This document shows positions 47,951 to 54,661 of a stretch of 64,000 nt of DNA, piece after piece. The DNA is taken from the IMG/VR virus record IMGVR_UViG_3300043434_000734, positions 96,001 to 160,000 of that record, one strand, 5' to 3'. The notes under the pieces were generated by a model, which saw only the letters and a program-made list of their open reading frames with translations, was not told the origin of the DNA and did not search any database. The DNA comes from a virus. Taxonomy: Duplodnaviria; Caudoviricetes. The position numbers were made by a program, and so were the translations under genes. Numbering within the stretch: position 1 is the first letter of the stretch; the number at the start of each line of letters is the position of its first letter.

Positions 47951-48023
47951 GGGCCTGATGTCAACGGCAGACCATCTGATTTGCAATCAGAATGAATGGG
48001 TTCGATTCCCACAGCGTCCACCA
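47951..48023 (+). tRNA. tRNA-Ala(TGC), bulged acceptor stem, encoded CCA
   Basis: tctga-tttgcaa-tcaga; G3:U70. Confidence 0.8.
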
Positions 48024-48026
48024 AAT

Positions 48027-48099
48027 TGGAATGTAGCTCAATGGTGAGAGCATCCGCCTGATACGCGGAAGGTTATAAGTTCGAGTCTTATCATTCCAA
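48027..48099 (+). tRNA. tRNA-Ile(GAT)
   Basis: tccgc-ctgatac-gcgga; full cloverleaf. Confidence 0.95.
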
Positions 48100-48104
48100 C
48101 ATTG

Positions 48105-48177
48105 GGAACTTTGGTATAGCCGGTGCGTACGTTGGACTGAAAATCCGAAGGAACAAGTTCGATTCTTGTAGGTTCCA
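48105..48177 (+). tRNA. tRNA-Phe(GAA)
   Basis: ttgga-ctgaaaa-tccga. Confidence 0.9.
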
Positions 48178-48240
48178 CAAATAAAGTAAAATTTGAACGA
48201 TAAAGTTAATCACTTTATTAAACAGAAATAACTTTATTAT

Positions 48241-48314
48241 GACCTCTTAGCTCAGTTGGTTAGAGCACCTCACTTTTAATGAGGGAGTCCCGCGTTCGAG
48301 TCGCGGAGGGGTCA
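48241..48314 (+). tRNA. tRNA-Lys(TTT)
   Basis: cctca-cttttaa-tgagg. Confidence 0.95.
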
Positions 48315-48319
48315 CACAC

Positions 48320-48392
48320 ACGGGTATGGTGAAAATGGTTATCATTTTAGTCTCCAAAACTAAAGTTCCTGATTCGAGTTCAGGTATCCGTG
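48320..48392 (+). tRNA. tRNA-Trp(CCA)
   Basis: ttagt-ctccaaa-actaa. Confidence 0.92.
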
Positions 48393-48453
48393 CAAATGTT
48401 CGATTTTTTTAGTCCGTTTCGAACTTTCGTGATATTTATAAATAAAGAACATT

Positions 48454-48993
48454 ATGAAAGAAGAAATATTAAAATTAAGAAATGAAGGTAAAACATTTAA
48501 CCAAATAAAAGAAATAATAAAATGTTCTAAATCTACAATTTCATATTATTGTAGTGAAGGGCAAAAAGAAAAAACAAAAATTAGAACTAAAAAGAGGAGA
48601 GAAAACATTATAATTGATAAATTAGAAAGATTTAAATATAGAAAATCTAAATCGAATAAAGAACGAATTAGAAAATTCAATAAAAGAGATAATCAAATGG
48701 ATGGATTAGTTAACAAAAAAATAGAAATTACATTCACATTTGAAGATGTTATCAAGAAGTTTGGTTATAGTACTGTTTGTTATCTTTCCGGAGAAAAAAT
48801 AAATTTAAATGAAAACACATACCATTTTGACCATATTTTACCATCAAGTAGAGGTGGTGATAACACATTAGAAAATTTAGGTGTTACACACGAAATTGTA
48901 AATAAAATGAAAGGGGACTTAACACCAAAGGAACTTATTCTTTGGTGTGAAAAAATTTTGAAATATAATGGATATGATGTAAATAAAATTTAA
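48454..48993 (+). mobile_element. HNH homing endonuclease with N-terminal HTH
   Basis: CYLSG...HFDHILPSSRGG.NTLENL...VNKMK. Confidence 0.88.
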
Positions 48994-49039
48994 TATTATG
49001 AAAAAAGAATTCGATATGCATTAGTTAAACTAATCGCAT

Positions 49040-49243
49040 ATGACAAACAAAGAGTACAGAGTAAAGAGAATGAAACAATCACACGATTATTGTTTCATAT
49101 GTCAGAAGAGAAATGGAAGTTGGTATTATGATTGCTCCCCAACTTTTGTTCACGGAAGACACGGTAATGGGAAACCGATTGAATCTCATAAAAGAAGAGA
49201 GTATAGAAGTTGGAAGTACAACAGAAAAACTCAATGGAAGTAA
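49040..49243 (+). CDS. Small basic hypothetical protein
   Basis: 67 aa with CxxC. Confidence 0.55.
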   Translation: MTNKEYRVKRMKQSHDYCFICQKRNGSWYYDCSPTFVHGRHGNGKPIESHKRREYRSWKYNRKTQWK

Positions 49244-49272
49244 TGTTTACTATTAACAGTAAACAGTAAACG

Positions 49273-49344
49273 GGTCTCTTGGTGTAACGGATAGCACGAA
49301 ACACTACGGATGTTTTAGTAAGGGTTCAAATCCTTTAGAGACCT
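49273..49344 (+). tRNA. tRNA-Arg(ACG)
   Basis: aaaca-ctacgga-tgttt. Confidence 0.92.
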
Positions 49345-49405
49345 CAATGTTCACAAATTTTTAATGTTCACGTTCCGTGAACAAACAAAAAAAGTGAACA
49401 AAAAA

Positions 49406-49476
49406 GTCAGGTTGGCCGAGCGGCTAGGTGAAGGTCTGCAAAACCTTTAAGATAGGTTCGACTCCTATACTTGACT
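49406..49476 (+). tRNA. tRNA-Cys(GCA)
   Basis: aaggt-ctgcaaa-acctt; U73. Confidence 0.93.
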
Positions 49477-49481
49477 CTTAT

Positions 49482-49553
49482 GGTGTTTGAAGCTTTAAGG
49501 TGAAGCACGAGTTTGTGGAGCTCGGGAAGACGGTTCGATACCGTTCATACACC
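49482..49553 (+). tRNA. tRNA-His(GTG)
   Basis: cgagt-ttgtgga-gctcg; G-1:C73. Confidence 0.92.
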
Positions 49554-49558
49554 CATAT

Positions 49559-49629
49559 TGCGGGGAGGAAGGTTCCCGACCAGTCTCATAAGCTGTGTCT
49601 CCCGAGTTCGATTCTCGGCCCCGCAACCA
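49559..49629 (+). tRNA. Atypical tRNA-Met(CAT): initiator-like acceptor, short D-arm
   Basis: tgcgggg/ccccgca-acca; ctcataa loop. Confidence 0.7.
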
Positions 49630-49680
49630 AAAAGTTTTAAAAATAATTTGAAATAATTTCGGATATTCGTATTTATTTCT

Positions 49681-49688
49681 TACATTTG
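49681..49688 (+). promoter_or_regulatory. Bacteroidota-type -7 element TACATTTG
   Basis: Same tacatttgtaaaacaataa context as 56016. Confidence 0.75.
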
Positions 49689-49709
49689 TAAAACAATAAT
49701 GACAGAAAA

Positions 49710-49838
49710 ATGGCGAAAGCACCGAGAACATCGAAAAGAGTTGGTAAAGTGGCAAGTAAAGCATTAAGAAGTAAAAAAAGTAGCAAGACAACAAAAACTC
49801 TTGCGGGAAGTTCTTTGAGACAACGGAGAAAAAAGTAA
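49710..49838 (+). CDS. 42-aa highly basic peptide (MAKAPRTSKRVGKVASKALRS...)
   Basis: Below the ORF-track cutoff; promoter and A-rich start upstream. Confidence 0.65.
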   Translation: MAKAPRTSKRVGKVASKALRSKKSSKTTKTLAGSSLRQRRKK

Positions 49839-49843
49839 AATAA

Positions 49844-49915
49844 GCCTCTTAAGCATTGCAGGCGATGCGCCAGATTTGTAATCTGGATAACTCGGTTCGA
49901 TTCCGGGCGGAGGCT
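49844..49915 (+). tRNA. tRNA-Thr(TGT)
   Basis: ccaga-tttgtaa-tctgg. Confidence 0.9.
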
Positions 49916-49916
49916 C

Positions 49917-50375
49917 AACAAGTGACGACTGTGGTGTAACCCCACGGTATATAAATCCCAAAGAACTGTCTTGATTCGCGATATCAGAGCAGTGAGGGTA
50001 GAGTTTACTATAAGCGGGGAGTAATTAACCCAATGCGAAAATGTAACCACCAAGTGTAGAGATATATTTGGTTATGATGTACAGAAGGGTACAAAAAACT
50101 TGTTAATTTATTAATTTAGATTCTGATAACTTATAACTAAAGTTTTACTTAAACAAAGGTTATGGAGCAATTTGAGAAATGTTGTTATCACTAAGAATGT
50201 AAATTAATAAAGTTTGATTACGTTAGGTATGTAGTTTAAAAAGAACAATGTCCTAATAGATGAAGGTGTGAGTAATCACCTTACTTAACGTAATTTAAAT
50301 TTAAAACTAACTCAACGAGGACTTTGTTAACCAGAGCAAGACTTGGATGGTGCAACTTAAGGTGAGTTAGAATTT
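49917..50375 (+). ncRNA. Putative ~460-nt structured RNA of unknown class
   Basis: No + strand ORF; helices 50217-27/50284-94, 50263-68/50277-82, 50307-14/50363-70. Confidence 0.5.
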
Positions 50376-50376
50376 T

Positions 50377-50448
50377 GGTCCTGTAGTTAATCGGCTATAA
50401 TATTGCCCTGTCACGGCAAAGTGCCGGGTTCGATTCCCGGTGGGACCG
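50377..50448 (+). tRNA. tRNA-Asp(GTC)
   Basis: ttgcc-ctgtcac-ggcaa. Confidence 0.93.
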
Positions 50449-50672
50449 CAATGAGTAAGAGATACTCAATAGTCTTTAATCCAAGACTCATTTAACAATG
50501 GATGGTGGTTTGTAGTATCAACCTTAACGACTGCATATTGGGAACAAGGATTGTGGACCTACTCTCCCCCAAGTATTAGGTTGACGTTTTAACAGAGGGA
50601 TGCCTCGCAGGTTTTTGAGACAGACAAAAAACCGAAGTAACTACTCATCAGGAATCTCAAGGTGGGGAAAAT

Positions 50673-50760
50673 GGAGAGATGGTAGAGTTGGTCTATTGCA
50701 CCTGACTTGAAATCAGGAGTACTCGTGAGGGTACCGTGGGTTCGAATCCTACTCTCTCCG
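50673..50760 (+). tRNA. tRNA-Ser(TGA)
   Basis: cctga-cttgaaa-tcagg; long variable arm. Confidence 0.95.
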
Positions 50761-50876
50761 CTGTAGAGTTTGCCCGTGGTAACGGTCTGATAAGATACTT
50801 TCAGACTTCTCGCGTCAAAACCCAAAACACTGACCTACTGGTGCTTGGGCTAAATGTAGAAAAAAAACGGGATATT

Positions 50877-50964
50877 GGAGAGATGGCAGAGTTGGTCGAT
50901 TGCGTCAGACTTGAAATCTGAAGAACGGGAAACTGTTCCGTGGGTTCGAATCCTACTCTCTCCG
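50877..50964 (+). tRNA. tRNA-Ser(TGA), second copy
   Basis: tcaga-cttgaaa-tctga; long variable arm. Confidence 0.95.
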
Positions 50965-51063
50965 CGAACCAAAAGTCCAATGGGGAGGATCCACTACACG
51001 ATTAGCAATCGGAAGAGTAGATTAAGACTAAGGTTGCTTGACACTCCGGAAAGACGAGAAAAC

Positions 51064-51202
51064 AATCAAGTAGAGTGGTGGTACACTCACTATGTATGCA
51101 TCGTAAGATGGACGCCTTCTTCCCGCAGAGCACATAGATATGTCGTTTAGTGATATGGAAGAACACGGGAACGATTTGTAGGTTCGAATCCTATCTTGAT
51201 TG
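51064..51202 (+). ncRNA. Oversized tRNA-like RNA 1 (139 nt)
   Basis: Perfect 7-bp acceptor, D-arm and T-arm; 38-nt anticodon loop; 40-nt variable region. Confidence 0.7.
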
Positions 51203-51317
51203 CCTTTCCTTTCAGGGTAACGACCTGATAAATTTTGAGATACTAAAGTTGTAACACCAGGGACTCAACGAAAGAAAGTCGGAAACTAAACTTGACTGAT
51301 GGAAAGACATCAAATTT

Positions 51318-51447
51318 GGGAAGGTAGCAGAAATGGAAGATGCGTTATACGAAAGCTACGTATAAGACGCGATGACGGACACAAAAGTACAATGTGTTGA
51401 ACTAAAGATTACGCATCGTTATGGGTTCGATTCCCACTCCTGTCCCA
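51318..51447 (+). ncRNA. Oversized tRNA-like RNA 2 (130 nt)
   Basis: Bulged acceptor, D-arm, 7-bp anticodon-like stem, 55-nt variable domain, T-arm. Confidence 0.6.
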
Positions 51448-51648
51448 CAGGTCGTCTTTTTATATTGCTCAGTTTGTGGAGTTAACTTTAGAGACGTTAA
51501 ACTTAAAGTAATGAATCCAAGCCCTTTTAAAGTTGTGGTACAACTGGGTCCATTTCCTTACCGAAGGAGGTTTCCGGACCTAAAATAGAAGCCTCAAACG
51601 ACTGAAAAAAGTAGGGACATATGAGACTACCTAATCTCGTCCCGAAAT

Positions 51649-51720
51649 GGCCCTATCGACAAGCGGTTAAGTCACGTCCCTTTCACGGATGAGTCACGGG
51701 TTCGAATCCCGTTGGGGCTA
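51649..51720 (+). tRNA. tRNA-Glu(TTC)
   Basis: cgtcc-ctttcac-ggatg. Confidence 0.95.
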
Positions 51721-51735
51721 CTAAATGGTTTTACT

Positions 51736-51894
51736 ATGAAGAAGATTGTATTTTTATTGTTAGTAATGGTTACAATGAGTAGTTGTTTATATACAACATA
51801 TAGACGACCTTATTATCAACGATATCCGACTTATCAGAAACATTATCAACCAAATAAAAAATATAAACCTTACTTTAGACCAGGTCGTTGGTAA
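51736..51894 (+). CDS. Small Tyr/Arg/Pro-rich lipoprotein
   Basis: MKK-hydrophobic-MSSC lipobox. Confidence 0.75.
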   Translation: MKKIVFLLLVMVTMSSCLYTTYRRPYYQRYPTYQKHYQPNKKYKPYFRPGRW

Positions 51895-51948
51895 AAAATA
51901 TTTACTATTAAATTGAATTTTTATATATTTGTATATACTTATTAAGAA

Positions 51949-52053
51949 ATGAAGAACATAAATAACATATTGTCACTTAGTACTAGACCATTAAATAATG
52001 GTAACGGGTATGGTGTGCAACCCGTGAATTTATGTTCGGATACTCATATTTAG
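51949..52053 (+). CDS. Putative attenuator leader peptide 2 (MKNINNILSLSTRPLNNGNGYGVQPVNLCSDTHI)
   Basis: TATATTTG promoter at 51924; tgttcgg complementary to the terminator 5' arm. Confidence 0.55.
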   Translation: MKNINNILSLSTRPLNNGNGYGVQPVNLCSDTHI

Positions 52054-52075
52054 AAATTTAATTAATTAAAATATA

Positions 52076-52111
52076 GACCCGAACGACTTAAAAAATTGTT
52101 CGGGTTTTTTT
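52076..52111 (+). terminator. Terminator/attenuator before the second tRNA block
   Basis: gacccgaacga...ttgttcgggtt plus T-tract. Confidence 0.88.
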
Positions 52112-52142
52112 ATGTTATTTTTTTTCTTTATATTTGAAATGT

Positions 52143-52155
52143 AGTTCTTTGACAT
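52143..52155 (+). promoter_or_regulatory. boxA-like element AGTTCTTTGACAT
   Basis: Follows TATATTTG (52129-52136); similar copies at 49809, 56042, 59421. Confidence 0.6.
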
Positions 52156-52169
52156 TGTGGAAATGATTT

Positions 52170-52254
52170 GCTCGGGTGGTGTAATGGTAGCCACGAGGGA
52201 CTTAAAATCCCTTGGACAGAAACGTCCGTGCCGGTTCGAGTCCGGCCCCGAGTA
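52170..52254 (+). tRNA. tRNA-Leu(TAA)
   Basis: aggga-cttaaaa-tccct; long variable arm. Confidence 0.95.
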
Positions 52255-52369
52255 CAATGTAATGACTTAGAAATAAGTGACGGAACAGACGCTATGTATG
52301 AAATGGAAACGTTTGAAACATTTTAAAGATGTTGATTCGACACAAACCGTACAGACATTACATTAAATT

Positions 52370-52443
52370 GGTCCAATAGCTCAGCTGGATAGAGCAACTC
52401 TCTTCTAAAGAGTAGGTCTCAGGTTCGAATCCTGATTGGATCA
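52370..52443 (+). tRNA. tRNA-Arg(TCT)
   Basis: actct-cttctaa-agagt. Confidence 0.95.
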
Positions 52444-52588
52444 CGAAGATAATGGTTTTCACCACCTTACGGATGTCGACAATCCACGGTGGAATCTGAA
52501 AACAGCACCCTCTGCCGAGCGCTCGTAAAACTACGATTAAGCAGTTAAGATTGGAACGAGACGGGTATTCCAACATTATCTTTATTTT

Positions 52589-52661
52589 AGAGTAGTTGAC
52601 CAATCGGTAGGTCCCTTGCTTTGGGAGCAAGTGTGTGTAGGTTCGAGTCCTGTCTACTCTA
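52589..52661 (+). tRNA. tRNA-Pro(TGG)
   Basis: cttgc-tttggga-gcaag. Confidence 0.9.
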
Positions 52662-52668
52662 CAAAAAC

Positions 52669-52740
52669 GTTGGTATAGCTTAATGGTGAAGCATTCGGCT
52701 GTTAACCGAAAGACTGTAGGTTCGAGCCCTACTACCAACG
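52669..52740 (+). tRNA. tRNA-Asn(GTT)
   Basis: ttcgg-ctgttaa-ccgaa. Confidence 0.95.
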
Positions 52741-52747
52741 CAAAAAT

Positions 52748-52824
52748 ACCCGTATGGCGGAATTGGCATACGCGTCAGATTTAGGATCTGAATTTTGTAG
52801 GTTCGAGTCCTACTATGGGTACCA
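52748..52824 (+). tRNA. tRNA-Leu(TAG), short variable loop, encoded CCA
   Basis: tcaga-tttagga-tctga. Confidence 0.88.
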
Positions 52825-52870
52825 GGGATTGGTTGACACTAAACAACAAAACCAAAAGGAAGTGTAAAAT

Positions 52871-52954
52871 TGGAGGATGGGTGAGTGGCTAAAACCGGCA
52901 GACTGTAAATCTGCTCTCAGAACGGGTACGGGGGTTCGAATCCCTCTCCTCCAA
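52871..52954 (+). tRNA. tRNA-Tyr(GTA)
   Basis: gcaga-ctgtaaa-tctgc. Confidence 0.95.
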
Positions 52955-52968
52955 CAAAAACAAAAACT

Positions 52969-53616
52969 ATGGCAACATTAGAAACACAGTACAAGAATTA
53001 CTTAAAGTTGAATCCAGATTCAACATTCACATTTGAAGAATGGAAAGAAGATTTCGGTGGTAACGTGCTTAGACAAATGTCCGATATCTTAAAAGAAATC
53101 AAAACTCCTGAATATAAAGAAAGACGTATTAAGGAACACGAAGAACGTCTTAAAAATATTACAATGGATTATCAATTGGGACAATACGTTGGTGAGTACA
53201 TTGTAAGTCACAATCTTCCAACATTATCGACCGATATGATTCACTCTAATCGTGTGATTAAAGTGTCTGACGAAGAACAAACTGAATGTGAAAGATTGGA
53301 TGGTGAATATGTTAAATCATTGGAAGCCAATCAATGGAAAAATGGTGATAGTGAATTATTTGAAGCGTGGAAACAATATCGTAAGGTATTGGAAAAGAAA
53401 TATCTTCCACAAGTTTTAGAGTGTCATCTTAGTTTAATAAGAATTGATGACATAGTAAAATTTAAAGAAGGTTTATCTGATTGTCTTTGGAATTGTGATA
53501 TGTGTTCTTATGACATCAAAGAAGAAAACATCACAATTGAAAATGATTTACTTAACGGATTTACAATTATCAAATTTCAATATGATTCGAGTTGTAATGA
53601 TGAAATGAAAAAATAA
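52969..53616 (+). CDS. Hypothetical protein inside the tRNA array
   Basis: 215-aa ORF with A-rich start. Confidence 0.8.
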   Translation: MATLETQYKNYLKLNPDSTFTFEEWKEDFGGNVLRQMSDILKEIKTPEYKERRIKEHEERLKNITMDYQLGQYVGEYIVSHNLPTLSTDMIHSNRVIKVSDEEQTECERLDGEYVKSLEANQWKNGDSELFEAWKQYRKVLEKKYLPQVLECHLSLIRIDDIVKFKEGLSDCLWNCDMCSYDIKEENITIENDLLNGFTIIKFQYDSSCNDEMKK

Positions 53617-53667
53617 AATATCGTTTAAATATACGATATACGATTTTATCGTCTTAATAAACGATAT

Positions 53668-53741
53668 GGACTTGTAGCTCAGTAGGTTAGAGCAACTGAC
53701 TCATAATCAGTAGGTCCCTGGTTCGAGCCCAGGCTGGTCCA
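53668..53741 (+). tRNA. tRNA(CAT), elongator Met or Ile2 (lysidine)
   Basis: actga-ctcataa-tcagt. Confidence 0.9.
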
Positions 53742-53802
53742 CAAAGAGATTAGGATATTCCTTACCCGTCGCCTCGGGATGACATCGTCAGTCTCTTTAC
53801 AT

Positions 53803-53877
53803 AGAAGATTAGTTCAGTCGGTTCAGAGCATCTGTTTTACACACAGAAAGTCGGGGGTTCGAATCCCTCATCTTCTA
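53803..53877 (+). tRNA. tRNA-Val(TAC)
   Basis: tctgt-tttacac-acaga. Confidence 0.93.
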
Positions 53878-53946
53878 CAAAAAAATTGGGATTGGGTTAA
53901 TACTGATATGGAGGCAATTCCTGGTATTATCGCCGCCCAATTAAAT

Positions 53947-54022
53947 GCGAAAGTAGCTCAGTCGGTAGAGCACAACCTTGCCAAGGTTGGGGTCGCGAGT
54001 TCGAATCTCGTCTTTCGCTCCA
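53947..54022 (+). tRNA. tRNA-Gly(GCC), encoded CCA
   Basis: caacc-ttgccaa-ggttg. Confidence 0.96.
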
Positions 54023-54025
54023 TAT

Positions 54026-54098
54026 GCGAATATAGCTCAATTGGTAGAGCACTAGTTTTCCAAACTGGGGGTTGCAGGATCGTTCCCTGTTATTCGCT
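54026..54098 (+). tRNA. tRNA-Gly(TCC), atypical T-loop ATCGTTC
   Basis: ctagt-tttccaa-actgg. Confidence 0.88.
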
Positions 54099-54192
54099 CA
54101 ACTCAAGTACCCATACCGCTAACGATGGGCTAAGTAAGATACAAATTCGTACCACATTATTGTGGAGGCGGGAAGTAGAATGCTTGAGACAC

Positions 54193-54263
54193 TGTCCTTT
54201 GGTGTAACGGTAACACAATCGTTTTTGGTGCGATTATTTTAGGTTCGAATCCTAAAGGGACAA
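54193..54263 (+). tRNA. tRNA-Gln(TTG)
   Basis: atcgt-ttttggt-gcgat. Confidence 0.88.
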
Positions 54264-54278
54264 CTTAAATTTTTAAGT

Positions 54279-54509
54279 ATGAGTATTTTTGCAATTTACT
54301 ACGTAATATGTATTGCGTATTGTTTCTATCAATTAAATAAAAAATATAGAAACAGAGGTGTTGATTATGGAACATCACCAGAGTTAGATTCCATAATGGT
54401 TTTGGTTATGGCTTGGATTTTAGTGCCAATTGATGTGTCGATAACTTGGATACGAATGGTGAAAGAAGCAGAGGAGTCTAAAAGAAGACAAGAGAAACAA
54501 GTACTTTAA
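54279..54509 (+). CDS. Small 2-TM membrane protein
   Basis: Two hydrophobic segments. Confidence 0.7.
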   Translation: MSIFAIYYVICIAYCFYQLNKKYRNRGVDYGTSPELDSIMVLVMAWILVPIDVSITWIRMVKEAEESKRRQEKQVL

Positions 54510-54570
54510 CTAGTGGGCCACGGTGGTAGGCCAAAAGAAAAATAGATGTTTTTCATCCACCAAATTTTAT

Positions 54571-54656
54571 AGAGAGTTACCCAAGTTGGTGAAGGGGCCT
54601 GTTTGCTAAACAGGTAGGATGTTAAAGTCGCAAGGGTTCGAGCCCCTTACTCTCTA
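54571..54656 (+). tRNA. tRNA-Ser(GCT)
   Basis: cctgt-ttgctaa-acagg; variable arm. Confidence 0.9.
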
Positions 54657-54661
54657 CACAT

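Noticed and set aside
47951-48023. Reading the first tRNA as Cys(GCA)
   Set aside because: The 7-nt loop register gives TGC, and G3:U70 marks Ala; a proper Cys tRNA is at 49406
50971-50978. aaaagtcc as an RNase P RNA P4 signature
   Set aside because: Lacks GAGGAAAGUCC context and the 3' AGAA...GGCUUA partner
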